Shown: positions 49,703 through 62,885, numbered from the whole stretch's first letter. The stretch: DNA of 63,650 bases, filler included, from Octopus bimaculoides (GCF_001194135.2; 4 parts of 4 records of this genome joined end to end with filler, not necessarily neighbours in it); one strand, 5' to 3'. Translations and numbers: made by a program. The notes: generated by a model not told the origin, from the letters alone.

Positions 49703-50100
49703 GAACGAAAACATTTTCTGAATGTTCTGCTGTTTTTATACGGAAAAAAATTATATCATTTGATAGATAAAAATAAGTTTATTTGGTTTTTAAATGGTAA
49801 CGCGGCTTTATGGGCCAACAAAGAACCTCGCTATCGTATATCATATACACACAGACAGATAGACGCATAAACAATCAAATATATTAGAGACATGCTAACA
49901 CTGACACACACACACACACAGACACAACACACACAAGCACACACATTTACACACACACACACACGCACAAACATACACATACATACAGAGAAAAATAATT
50001 AGTCGCATCACATACTCATACAGGCCAACGTAACGTAATCTTACATTTTCATATCCTACTCTTTGTCTAGTCTCTCCTTAAAGACCCTCACCTCTCTCTG

Positions 50101-50144
<44 letters not shown>

Positions 50145-50291
50145 GTTGTCTCTCTGTCTCTGTCTCGCTTTCAGTTTGTGTCTTCCTCTCTCTCTCATAC
50201 GCACACGCAAACATCAATAAACGAACACAAACTTAAACACACACACACAATACAAACATGCATCAACAAGCTTATTTTCACACATACTTTC

Positions 50292-50323
<32 letters not shown>

Positions 50324-50799
50324 CGATTCGCTTCCCTCTCGCTTTCTCTCTCTTTCTCTCTCTCTCCCCCGCTCTCTGTCTATCTCTTTCTACTCCACCT
50401 CTCTCTCCGCCTTTTAATATTATTATTGCCCGGCAACACACTGTCTTAAGACACATACAAATCCACACATACATGACTGAACACACACACACACACGCAT
50501 AAAAAGATCTAATTGTCCTTCTCTCTCTCTTCCTTACTTTTGTTTTCTACTCATCCGGACAAACTTTATCCCCCCTCTCTCTGTCCCTCCCTGTTTATCT
50601 GTCTGTCTGCTTGCCTCTCTATCTCTATCTCTGATTGTCTGTCTGTTTGTCCGTCTCGCGTGTGCACACATGCAAACACATGCAGTCAATGCAAACTTTA
50701 TCACTCCTGCGTTATCCATTTTCAATGGAGTCCGTTTTAGAGAGTGAGTGTGTGTGAGTGAATTGTGTATTTCAGTGAGTATATGTGAGTGTATGTCTA

Positions 50800-51191
50800 G
50801 TGGAGGCGCAATGGCCCAGTGGTTAGGGCAGCGGACTCGCGGTCATAGGATTGCGTTTTTGATTCCCAGACCGAACATTGTGAGTGTTTATTGAGCTAAA
50901 ATACATAAAGCTCCACGAGGCTCCGGTAGGGGATGGTGGCGAACCCTGCTGTACTCTCTCACCACAACTTTCTCTCACTCTTTCTTCCTGTTTCTGTTGT
51001 GCCTGTAATTCAAAGGGTCAGCCTTGTCACACTCTATGTCACGCTGAATATCCCCGAGAACTACGTTAATAAGGGTACACGTGTCTGTGGAGTGCTCAGC
51101 CACTTGCACGTTAATTTCACGAGCAGGCTGTGCCGTTGATCGGATCAACTGGAACCCTCGACGTCGTAAGCGACGGAGTGCCAGCAACAAC
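50800..51191 (+). mobile_element. Full-length SINE family B
   Basis: tRNA-like head with A/B boxes; 3' stem-loop cgtcg-taag-cgacg; (AAC) tail. Confidence 0.95.
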
Positions 51192-51667
51192 TTTGACACC
51201 GTACTACACCGTACACCTTGTCGATTTGCTGGAAAGAGCGAGCTTAGCGTGCTGCACGGACATTTGATGACAATAACTAATCGTTTGTGCTGGTCGTTCG
51301 GCAACAGCTGAACACGCATACGTCATCTTCGATGAGAGAGTCCTTCATACCGAGAATACGTTGATATTAGTGTATGGTGTTACAGAAAGATATCTTTTTT
51401 AAGGGCAGAATACAAAATCCCGCTGATCACGTTCCGTATCATCGATGCTCCATGGACTGGTTTGAATTTTGTCTCTGCTCGAAACCGTTCGCACATTACT
51501 TGTTTGGCTCAGGTTGATAGTTAGATTGTATCAACGCCAGAAAGTGAAGGCCGTCTTGTAGTAACTCTCCTTCAAGGGATGAAAAGTAAAATTCACCAAG
51601 CTAATATTTGATCTCAGAGCGTAAGGAAGTCAAAAGAATATTACAAAGTACGACTCTCTAAAGGTTC

Positions 51668-52489
51668 GGGTCTTTTTTAAAACGGGGGCCACATTTTTCA
51701 TTAATGTTTTACGTAGTGTTTTTGGTACGGAAAGACTTTCAAACTTCGTATACTTATCTATTTTGTGTTATAGAACAGAAAAATATTTTTGTATTCGAAT
51801 TTATTTCATGTAAAAAATTGTCTTATTTCGATAATTTCAACCAATCACTGACAAGTATTCAGTTGTTTATATTTACTCCTTTAGCTGATTAAGCGATGTA
51901 AAGCGTATTTAATCTCCATACCTTCGTTTTATTTGCTTTTTTCATTTTAAATTTGCTTTAACCCTAACCCTAACCCTACGGTTAGGGTTAGGGTTAGGGA
52001 TAGGGTTAATTGTTTCAGAATCGTTTGTTTATGTAGNNNNNNNNNNNNNNNNNNNNNNNNNNNNNNNNNNNNNNNNNNNNNNNNNNNNNNNNNNNNNNNN
52101 NNNNNNNNNNNNNNNNNNNNNNNNNNNNNNNNNNNNNNNNNNNNNNNNNNNNNNNNNNNNNNNNNNNNNNNNNNNNNNNNNNNNNNNNNNNNNNNNNNNN
52201 NNNNNNNNNNNNNNNNNNNNNNNNNNNNNNNNNNNNNNNNNNNNNNNNNNNNNNNNNNNNNNNNNNNNNNNNNNNNNNNNNNNNNNNNNNNNNTATCGGC
52301 TGAATGGACGTCAGTGATTGGTTGAAATTACAGAAATACGACAACTTTAACATGGAATAAGTTATGGATTTCTTTTTTTTTAAAGAAGACTAAGAGAAAA
52401 AGATGTTTTATATGACACATTCTACCAGTGTTCCAAGTTTCAAAGAGTTTCGTTAATGAAAAATGTGGCCCCCGTTTTAAAAAAGATCC
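51668..52489. mobile_element. Non-autonomous TIR element, family M2 (Merlin-like)
   Basis: ~37-bp TIRs gg(g/a)tcttttttaaaacgggggccacatttttcattaa; exact 8-bp TSD aaaggttc (51660-51667 and 52490-52497); internal inverted aatttcaaccaatcactgac. Confidence 0.9.
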
Positions 52490-52612
52490 AAAGGTTCTGC
52501 TAATTAACCGCACCTCTTGTAAAGTTTCTCGTTGACGCCTTATTTTCTTTCTCACGCTATTCTATTTTCACGTATAAGATCTCTCACACGTTTCTCTCTC
52601 TCACTCTCTCTA

Positions 52613-52648
<36 letters not shown>

Positions 52649-52656
52649 CCTATCCT

Positions 52657-52707
<51 letters not shown>

Positions 52708-53110
52708 ATCCTTCTCTCTATCTCTTTCTTTCACACTCATAAACACACTCACACACACACCCACATACACAAACATCCCGACGTATGCCCTCAAGGCTGC
52801 ACACATACTCGCACGCGCGCGCGTAGGGATACAAGCACATACTCTTTGTCTATCCTCTAGTGTGTTTCTTTTTCACACACACGCTTACATATACACACAC
52901 TTGCAAACATATATGCGCTGCAAGAACACATGCCTGGACACACACGCACACACACACACACATACACACACATTCACATTCTGATACCTACACACTCATA
53001 CACGCTCAGAGCCTTCCTTCTTTTCTTTCTTTCTCTTTTTACCTTCAAACATTTTCTCATTCATTCCATTCTTTCATATGCAATGTGAGAATAATGTACT
53101 CAATATATAA

Positions 53111-53210
53111 NNNNNNNNNNNNNNNNNNNNNNNNNNNNNNNNNNNNNNNNNNNNTTAATTAATTAANNNNNNNNNNNNNNNNNNNNNNNNNNNNNNNNNN
53201 NNNNNNNNNN
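53111..53210. other. Artificial 100-bp scaffold spacer
   Basis: 44 N + TTAATTAATTAA + 44 N. Confidence 0.95.
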
Positions 53211-53219
53211 ATATATATG

Positions 53220-53283
<64 letters not shown>

Positions 53284-54117
53284 TTACATAATCGAAAAAG
53301 GAGGTACAACGTTTGAAAAGTGTGATAGAAATGGAGAGAGGATAAAAAGAATGGGTAAGTATACATCGCCACTCCTTATTTTGGGGCCACACCCTTATAC
53401 CTTTCGTATGATAACAACCCCCCACCCACGCACTTTCACTACCCTGGACATTCACTAAGAAATGCCTATCTTGATCGCTTTTTACTCTTACTACCCTCCC
53501 CTCTCCTCTCTCATGTTTTCTTCAAACGTATCCTGACCAACACTTTAAACTTTAGGAAATACCTACATATGCACACTCTGACGTATTTCTATCCGTTCTT
53601 CAACACATCTCATATATAATTAAATCAATTCCTAGTGAAACCATATCTGTTCCCAAAACGTCAGTACTTCTTCTACTATAACATTATAACAGAGATATAG
53701 AAAGAATTTAAATTAATTCTGATCCTCTAGAATGTCATATTTTAATGCGTTACACAAGTAGGTGTTATATGCCAATTCTAGAGACCATCATCAAGTTTAT
53801 GTTATCTGGCCATCATAATTGAAAGCCAAATATGGATGCAGAGTAACATAAAATAAATCCGAAAATTCATAAATACACCGATTATAATTTATATCCAGTT
53901 TCCATGCAATATCAGGTCGTTTTTCTTTCATGACTCTTCTTTCCAAGATGCATTAGTAAAGAATACATGTTGTGTTTTCGTTTTTGTATCCTATTTCGTG
54001 TTTCAATGAATATGCTGGCACCGGTAACAAATATACTGGCATGTACATATATTTAGCAGCATGGCGCCGTTTCATTTCCCTTATTTTTTGTCATTTTCTT
54101 CTCTTTAGCTTTCAGTT

Positions 54118-54202
<85 letters not shown>

Positions 54203-54789
54203 CTAACTAGCTAGCTAGCTATCTAATTATCTGTCTATCTCATTTCTAATGGAAATAATCATTTAGGAGAGATGGGTAGTTTTCAGAATAAATACGAAAC
54301 TAAGAAGTTATACATGTTGAACTTGTATATAAGTATTGTCATACACGTATATAACTATTTTATGTGATGCAGACACATGCAATTTTGAACCTAGATTTTA
54401 TCATTTTGTTGAAGAAAAGAGAAGAAATTATTTATTTCACAGTGAAATCAAAACAATGTACTGTATGAACAATGATACGAGATTGCAAGGGATAAATTGA
54501 ATATATTTAGTGAAAATCTTCACCGCGTGATTCGTAAATAGCGTTATCATAATGTTATCTTGAACAGTAGCAATAAACGGCTGAATAAAATATGAAAGAC
54601 CACAAGGCTATGGGATACACACTGAGAGTGTTAGTAAGTAGTTCTCCGATGAAGAATGTACAGCTGATAAGAAAAGCAGTTGTCGGGAAAAAAGATTAAT
54701 GAACACAGAAACACAAGGCATTCTGAAGAAGTTAGGTCAAGGAAGCTAAAAGTTTTCTTTATCATATGTAGACTCAAACATGCATTCTA

Positions 54790-56020
54790 TGTCACGTATG
54801 ACGGTGATGAGGAGGAGGAGGCGGAAAGGGAACAAGACTTAAGAACGGAAAGTTTGGTAGGAGGAGAGAAACAGAGCGGAGGAGGAGAGAAACAGAGCAG
54901 AGGAGGAGAGTGTAGAAAAGGTGGCGTGAAGGAGGAGGTCAGAGAGATTTGTAGTGTAGAAGAGCAGTTGGAATTTCTACGTGACAAGTTGCTGCATGAC
55001 ACACATGTCAAGTTTTTGGATCGAACAAGGTCCCAACGTGATGGAAACGGGACTTGAAGGTGGAATTCCACGGTGAATAGATTTTTAAAAGTTAAAAGTG
55101 AGGCATAGAAAGATTAGACAAAAGTGGAGTTGGATTTCAGCTGCATTTAGCAAAGACAGAAGTTGAAAGAGAAAAGTTTTCAGTTTTTATGTGATGTAAG
55201 AAGCAAAAGCTCGAAGTGTTCCGAATAGCAAAGCAGCGTCTCAGCTTGAATCAAGCCACTGTGTAAAGAAACGATAGAGTTACGGCTCTTTCTGACACCC
55301 AGAAAAAGGAGGCATAGAAGGGCATAGATATAAGAGGATACCAAGGGAGGAGAATGCGTGGAAGAAAGGGAGGAGGAGAGAAACTATTCCGAGCAAACCC
55401 ATTAAAGGAACAAGTTGGGTTATAGTGAAAATGGCGATATGAAGATTCTTGAAAACAATGTACAGAGATGACGTCATCAAAATAAGAGTTTGCAATGAGT
55501 TTAACGTGCAAGGTAACATGTAAACAGGCCTCGATTACCACCAACCTTCAGTTTATTCTTGAAGTCAGTAGAGAAGTTGAAGACCGGATGTTGGTAGGAA
55601 CATCTGCAAAGCGATAATCGAGGCTCTCGTTGATGAATCTGTTGAAAAGTTAAGAAAGAAACTCCAAATGTAGATGAAAACATTTAAAATCGAAAGATCT
55701 TAAAATAAATCTAACAGACAAAACATTCAGTTGTCAAGAAAGAAAACATCACTCTTCCGCCTGGAAGTAGTTAGTTATTCCAATGAACATGGGCGGCGCC
55801 CCAGCATGGCTGCGGTCTAATGACTGAAACAAGTGATAAGTGAATGACAATGGATGTAGGAATAGTACAGTGAGATTATAAGCAGGCGAGCAGAGAAGTT
55901 CCATGCAGTAGTTGATTGGCAGGATTAGTCAGATGAGCCGCTATTCTTTTAAGCACTTCAATGGCCCCCGAAAAGTAGATGACAACTACTGTTACATAGG
56001 TGACTTTAATGAACAATAGA
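54790..56020 (+). mobile_element. Degenerate LINE: possible ORF1 end plus APE endonuclease
   Basis: IDIRGYQGRRMRGRKGGG resembles IxGY..RxDR..xGGG; downstream YIGDFN; many stops; interrupted by a SINE tail at 55770-55835. Confidence 0.5.
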
Positions 56021-56085
56021 GGTAGATGTTCTGAAAATAAAGCGGCTAGAGTATGAATACAATGAAAAAGTTCAGAGAACTACTT

Positions 56086-56283
56086 TGTGGGCTGGCAGAA
56101 TCGTTAGCACGCCGGGCGAAATGATTAACGGCATTTCGTCCATCTACGATCCGAGTTCAAAATCAGCCGAAGTCGACTTTGCCTTTCATCCTTTTTGGGG
56201 CTGATAGATTAAGTACCAATTGAGGCCTGGGGTCGATGTAATCAACTCCCCCGAAATTGCTAGCCTTGTGCCAAAATTTAAAA
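56086..56283 (+). mobile_element. SINE family C
   Basis: gggctggcagaatcgttagcacgccgggcgaaatg...ggggtcgatgtaatc. Confidence 0.88.
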
Positions 56284-57159
56284 TCAATGATAACAGAGTA
56301 GATAATTGAAGACTAAATTTCCATATGAACCACGAAACTATGGTAGCCGAGACTAAGGAAATGTTACCGTTGTATGGTGTTGGCATTAGATTATGGAGAT
56401 TCAATATAACAATCGATATATATTGGTATATACATCGATCTGGTTGGTCAGATTTTTCGTGCCTGTAAATAGCAAAATTTATAATGGAGAGTATAGATTA
56501 TAGAATACATGAGTGACTTTATGTAATAAATAAATTCTTGAGACGGAAGCGCTAAGTCTAAAATTGTTAATGTAGAAGCTATAGAAAAGGAGCGAAAGAG
56601 TAAAATGAAAGACAGAAACATGAAGATTAAGGTTGGAATAGAGAGAATAAGAATCAGACTAGCAGAGAGAAATACAATGAAAGAACACATTGTATTGAGA
56701 CAATTGCGGTATAGATTTCAGGTTGTGGCTGTTAATATTGTTTATCCTAATAATTTTTCAGTCTCTAGGGACGGTTGTCTCTGCTTTACAAATGGCTTAC
56801 TTAGACTACATTATTTAACATGCCTTACCAAAGGAAAATGGATAGTAAGAGAAATGAAAGCAAAGAAGGAGGAGGAAGTTCAAAAGAAATGCTGGTAGTT
56901 TTAGAGAGGTAGAAACAGAGATGAAGAAAAGACAACGAAAGAGAGATAAAAGAGAGAGGAATGAAAGAGAAATCGATAGGAGGGAAGAAGAGAGAACATT
57001 TGAAAAAGAAAACAAGAAAAGTTCAGCAAAGCTGCGTGATAGACGTCGCATGCACACCATCATACACATTGACATTACGTTTTTATTCTTCCCATCCGTT
57101 TTATTTTCACATGCGCATTACGTATTTATTCTTCTCTTCCGTTTTCCGAAGTCAGTGTG

Positions 57160-57290
57160 CACACGCGCATTGCGTGTACATTCTTCTTTTTCCGGTTCAC
57201 CCTTAAAACTGTTTACAGATCACAATCCTCTCGTGAACTGCTTTCGTGAGCAGCCCTTCGCGCTCCGATGGTTGCGTAAAAAAGAGTTGG
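57160..57290 (+). mobile_element. Possible Ty3/Gypsy RNase H remnant
   Basis: ALRVHSSFSGSPLKLFTDHNPLV...RW resembles AL.HF..Y..G....TDHxPL...RW; very short, no other pol domains. Confidence 0.35.
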
Positions 57291-58360
57291 GGAAGGAAAA
57301 TACCGGAAGCTGCAAATGAATTACAGTGAGATAACTAAATGGCAGAGATTCAGTGTTGTGGTAGGAGCGGGGATATCGTCGATACTCACATACAAAGGAA
57401 AGAGATGAGAAGACACACAAACACAAGCGTTCTCAAATGCAGCTAGATATAGCGAGTCTCATTCACTTAGTTTTGTGTTCGTCACTGTTTTGTTGTCGAA
57501 ACTGAACATTTTAATTAACATTCAATTGCCAATATTCTTGTCAGTAATATATTTTAGTTTCCCTGTGAGTGTTTGTTTAATTGTTGTTTGAATTCACATA
57601 ATAAAAACTTATTTATTCTCGTGAATGAACTACAAATCAATAACTTGCAATGATTGATCTGTCACACATCAAAAGAAACCAGATTCATTTCGATATTTAC
57701 ATACTCATAATCTCGAATGTTGAACCGCCGCTAGCACTCATAAAGGTTCGATATTTTAGTCCGAGAAGAAGAGCAGTGCCTATAGCCTATTCAAATGGAA
57801 AGGGTCGATATGATTGATCTTCAGCTCGATATTTTGCAGGTTGACTGCTCTTGGAAAACCGCTGCAATAGCACGACGCGTCGATGAAATATCAGTTGAGG
57901 CATTTAAACACATGAAATATCACTAAAAAATATTGGGTTGCCTTTTTTATGAATTTTTAATGGAAGCTTACGTAGCAGATAATCCGTCTTGTTATGGGAG
58001 GAGTAGTTAAATTCAAGTAAAACAAATAGCAAGAAGTGTATGTAGGTGTTTTTTTCTTTCTAATATATATTTACATGACAGCAGTGCATGGAGATCTACG
58101 TTAATTCTGTACATGTATGTACGTATGTGTATGGTGGGGGTAGATTTTTAACATTAGCAAAAGGTATCGAGTTTATGTATAGTTTCATTATATTGATTCC
58201 AGTATCTGACTGGTACATTATCGAGCCTGGAATGATGAAAGGCAAATTTAACCACGTTTGGATTCCAACTCAGAATGACTAGTGTCGCAGCTAAGCACTG
58301 CAAGCTATTTCGTTCGATTTTCCGTCGATTCTCCTCGTAAATATTCTTTTCTGCTCTAGG

Positions 58361-58557
58361 CACAAGGCCCGAAATTTTGGGGGAGGGGGTCAGTCGATTA
58401 GATCGATCTCAGTACGCAACTGGTACTTAATTTATCGACCCCGACAGGATGAAAAACAAAGTCGACCTCGGCGATATTTGAACTCAGAACGTAAAGACAG
58501 TCAAGATACCGCAAAGCATTTCGCCTGGCGTGCTAACCTTTCTGCCAGCTCGCCGCT
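58361..58557 (-). mobile_element. SINE family C
   Basis: Reverse complement of the family C sequence; ends ctgccagctcgccgc. Confidence 0.9.
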
Positions 58558-58585
58558 TTTCTCCTCCTAAATACTAAATATAGAT

Positions 58586-58790
58586 GTGGTAGAATTGTCA
58601 GCACGCTGAGCAAAATAATTAGCGTATTCCGTGCGTCTTTATGTTCTAATTTCAAATTCGGCCGGGGTTGACTTTGTATTTTATCATTTTGGGGTCGATA
58701 AAATAAGTACCAGTTGAGCTCTGTGGTCGATGTAATTGTCTCACCTCTCCCTCGAAAGTACTGGCTTTGTACCAAAATTTGAAACCAATA
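58586..58790 (+). mobile_element. SINE family C, head-to-head with the previous copy
   Basis: gtggtagaattgtcagcacg...ggggtcgataaaataagtaccagttgag...aaatttgaaacc. Confidence 0.85.
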
Positions 58791-59509
58791 TTAAATACAA
58801 ACATGACTTACACAAAAAAAAAAAACACTCACAAATAAATTTCAGGCCATGCATAATAAAATAAAATGATTCACATATTTATAAATGATTCTCCGGATAT
58901 TAATTCGTGTTTCTACTGATTCCTCATTTCCAATGGAACAAGGCTACATTTTGTTATCAGTAGAGAGCTCAAAAGGAGAATTGAAAGATATGTTTATTGA
59001 TTATAAGCAGACAGGTAAAACCGAAAAGAAAAAGAAATCGATATATTTTTCTGACTTTATGAGTTGTGAAACATTTTAGGAAAATTCACGAATTTCCAGG
59101 TTTTGTATACAGGTATTTTAATATGTATATGGTGTATCTGTTCTCATTTGTGTTTTCTCGTTGGCTATTGGTACTGATACTTCAAGAAGGAGACACACGT
59201 CCTGTCTTGATTGTTCTTGAAACCATATCCTGTGCTTGTACTTCTACATGTACTTCCGGCGGCATTCACCCGGGTTTGGTTAAGTCAGCTCCGACGAGCG
59301 AGTTCTCAACGTCTCTCACGAATGCTGATGACATTCGACGGTTGGCCGCAGTCGATGAAATTCTTGAAGCGTAGAGTTTATGTTCCTAGTTTCAGTGTGA
59401 GTGCAAATTCACATGTGGTTGCCGGTCACATACATACACACTTTGGGATAGTGTGATCTGTAGTAGCTCATCTCGCTGTAGATTGTGTGCACGCGTGTGT
59501 GCGTGTGTA

Positions 59510-59551
<42 letters not shown>

Positions 59552-59968
59552 AACATACATNNNNNNNNNNTCCGCAAAATCCCAAATTTTATTTAATTTG
59601 CTTTGCGGGAGCAACTGTTATGTCGAAAACGTATCTGGTTATGAAATGCTCGAAATGCGAAATAGAAAAACAGCCAACAACTAATGAAGTGTCGTTTTTT
59701 CGTGTTGCTTGTCTTGTTTTCCGTTTGTTTCTTTCGTTGTTCGCAGAAAAAGTCCGTATTCCATGATGTCGTTTTTCGTATTTCATGTTTATTTTATGTT
59801 GTTTACGTTTCGTGGTATCCTTTGCCCATATATGCATGTATATACAAATATATGTATGTACATATATATGTGCACGTATACATATATATTTATATATTAT
59901 TTATATTAATATATATATATATACATACACACACACGCATACACACACATACGCATGTGTGTGTGCGC

Positions 59969-60033
<65 letters not shown>

Positions 60034-60639
60034 GCTTAGTTATTATTGAAGCAGTCAGACCATTGAAATGTTATTAAATTGCTTATTTTCTTTAACTCTG
60101 GTTTATGCTTTTATCTCATGTGTCTATTCGATTCTTTCCCAAGTTTTTTTTAACTCAATTTTCACATCAAACAGTCAATCGTGTGTTGCTTTTGGTTCTT
60201 TCAGTACAATGTAGTACCGTTTTCGCTAGCACTTCCTGTTCACAAGTTAAATATTTCATACAGAAGTTTTGGATTTTACCAGGTCGATTTCAGTTATTGT
60301 ATTTTAGTAGCGCCTCGACAACATTTTGAGTCAATATGGACTTTGTGTCGGTTATTCACAGGTAATTTTTTGTTTATTTCTATTTTTTTGTCCTTTATAT
60401 ATATTGAACTATCTTACCCTAAAAACTATTTTGTATTTCATACACACACCCGCCCCCAAAATATTTTTTATATCACCTTTGCAATGTGTGTCGCAATATT
60501 TTTACTTAGTTCTTGTAGAAACGCTGTTGGAATCAAAGTAGTTTCGTATTTTTCAAAGAATCGCAGTTACTTTTGAAATACTAGAATCGTTGCTTTTTAT
60601 CAAGGATCACCTGATAAAAGAGCTCCAAGAGCTGCACCT

Positions 60640-61520
60640 TCAAATTCATTTTTATCTGCTTCGACCAACTTGAGTACACCTTGGTCAATGCGCTCTTCTA
60701 TCGCATATCAAGGTCACCAGCTATGATGGCCACCCCTTCAAGTACTTTATCTTCCCTTCTGGACACTCCATATAAGTTGTTTGCTATCACTTATATTTTA
60801 TTGTATGTCTTCTAACCCTACTGGCGACTAAAGTAAATGTTGTTGTTATTGTTGTTGTTGTTGTTTTTGTTGTTGTTGTTATTTAAGGCGGTGAGCTAAA
60901 ACCCGTGAACTTGGATGAGAACCACTTTACTCTTCCATAAAGATCTCTTTACTCTGTATTGAGTATTTTCCTGATACGTTTTTACTAAACCTAACAGAAT
61001 CTCAAAACTGTATCCATTTCCAGATTAAGATGCGACTTTCCAAGTTTCACTCTTAAATTCTCTTGTCACGGTTCCCAAACTTCAATGGTTATTGTTGGCA
61101 AAATTATGAATTTAACTTCATTGTTCCAGCATTTAAGTATTTCATACTTCAGGTCGGTACAATACTGCAGCTTTCAGTTTTTGTGTTGGCGCTAGTATCA
61201 AGTGGTCATGCCATATCAATTATAAGACACAGTTTTCTGATCAACGTCTTCAATACCTGCTTGTTGTGATCTGTCCTTCTTTCGATTTCTATGAGAAACT
61301 CAAGTAACAACTTCCTTTCATCGTTTTCGCGGGCAGTCATCTCTGCTCCCACAAAATAGTCATAGTTCTTTACTGTATATACAAGACCAAATCGTTCACA
61401 AGAATTCCAGTGATTTATTGCAACAATTTTTAAATGCCTCCACTTTTTTAGGCGTTTCTGGCTCAACTGGGGGAACTCTGACACAATATGAACTTTAGTC
61501 TCATCCGTATCGTCGCATCA
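60640..61520 (-). mobile_element. Degenerate RTE-like LINE ORF2 (RT C-terminal half)
   Basis: Ordered motifs: xDDT, SCERFGL..VK, EIERR, IW....TQKLKAAVLY, IRKILN. Confidence 0.6.
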
Positions 61521-61952
61521 TTTACATTTGGATGAACACTCCTGCTTATCTATTACCTTCATCTAATTAACCCTTCGAACCGGTTCCTGTGCTGCTGCAA
61601 AACCCATTCCTTTGTTGTCTTTCTTCAATACTCTTTTCTTTAAACCAGAACCATTTGTATTTCTCATCCCTCATCTCGTTTTTATCTCTTGAAAAAAAAT
61701 TGAATGAAATTTCTTTCCTTCAAATATTGGCTTCCATTTTTTTTTTCCACATTTGCCTTAGTTTTTGTGATAGTGGTGGTGGTGGTGGGGGTCTCTCTTA
61801 CCTCTGTAAATAGCCCTTCACTTATTATTTCATTTAGAACTTATCGACAGAAACAGACTTTTTTTAAAGTTCTACTACCTTTCATCACTGATTAAATTCT
61901 TTTCTCTTTGTTTTCTCTATGACTATAGTTCTTTCCTATTATTAGTAGTATC

Positions 61953-61953
<1 letters not shown>

Positions 61954-62015
<62 letters not shown>

Positions 62016-62019
62016 TGTT

Positions 62020-62066
<47 letters not shown>

Positions 62067-62110
62067 TGTTGTTGTTGTTGTTGTTGCTGTTCTTGTTGTT
62101 TTTGCTGTTG
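61954..62110. repeat. Compound (TTA)n(GTA)n(GTT)n microsatellite
   Basis: Direct trinucleotide runs. Confidence 0.95.
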
Positions 62111-62734
62111 CCGCCGTTGTTTAATTATCAGTTAATCAATCACGATATTTTTTAATTTTATTTTATACAAGAACAGACCTGAAAAATGTACTTTCCTAGC
62201 TGTAGCCGGAAGAAAAATCTCGTAATGTTATCTACTTCTATCACAAATATACATGCATTTTACCTTTTAAAAGTTTTTAAAAAAGAACACCTTCCGCAAA
62301 TAGCATGAAAATTTGTCCGTTTATTTGGGATTTATTTTTTCAATATTTTGTCTATTTATTTTCATTTTCCCCAAATGTGTAAATTTCTTCCTGTATTGCT
62401 TGTTCTTATAAAACTTCCGACGTTTAAGACATGAATTATCTTCATTCTCTCTTCTCTTCTGTTAAAACAATACAATTCAATACAATTTTTTTTCCGATGT
62501 ATGTTTAAAGAAGAATAACATTTGGACTGGCTTCTCGAGGTTTAAGGTGTTTTTTTTCTTTTCTTTCTTTGTCTTTTACTTTCAATTGGCTTCCAAGTTG
62601 ATCTTTTTTATTTTTACATTTTCTTCAATTATTTCCGTATTATTTTCTAAAGTTAATGAAATTATATTTAGTATCATGTGTTTAAAAATTTCTTTTATAA
62701 CTTTCAGTTTTCCGTTTTAACATAGAGGCACAAT

Positions 62735-62885
62735 ACGAATACACAAAACAATGAATTAGCAGAATTGTTGTAATGTTAGTCAGAATCATTTGCAGCATTA
62801 GTTCCGAGTTCAAATCCTGCTGAAATCAACTTCGTCTTACATTATATCGGGTCAATAAAGTAACAATCTACGAATGGTATTGATC
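62735..62885 (+). mobile_element. Degenerate SINE family C fragment
   Basis: gaattagcagaattgtt...ccgagttcaaatcctgctgaaatcaacttcg...gggtcaataaag. Confidence 0.55.

Noticed and set aside
50800-50875. tRNA-like sequences (also 10545-10619 and the other SINE heads)
   Set aside because: They are SINE heads continuing into SINE bodies, without a proper acceptor stem.
51959-52008. Telomere-fusion scar interpretation
   Set aside because: The orientation is (CCCTAA)n then (TTAGGG)n, opposite to an end-to-end fusion, and the motif lies inside a TIR element.
60608-60700. Exon-like frame IEERIDQGVLKLVEADKNEFEGAALGALLS
   Set aside because: Poor acceptor; lies where the C-terminus of the same decayed LINE is expected.
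61257-61372. Convincing-looking exon (KNYDYFVGAEMTARENDERKLLLEFLIEIERRTDHNKQ) with good splice sites and a loose resemblance to calcium-channel alpha2delta
   Set aside because: The flanks continue with ordered LINE ORF2 motifs (xDDT, CERFGL, IW...KL.A.VLY, IRKILN), so it is better explained as a decayed RTE.
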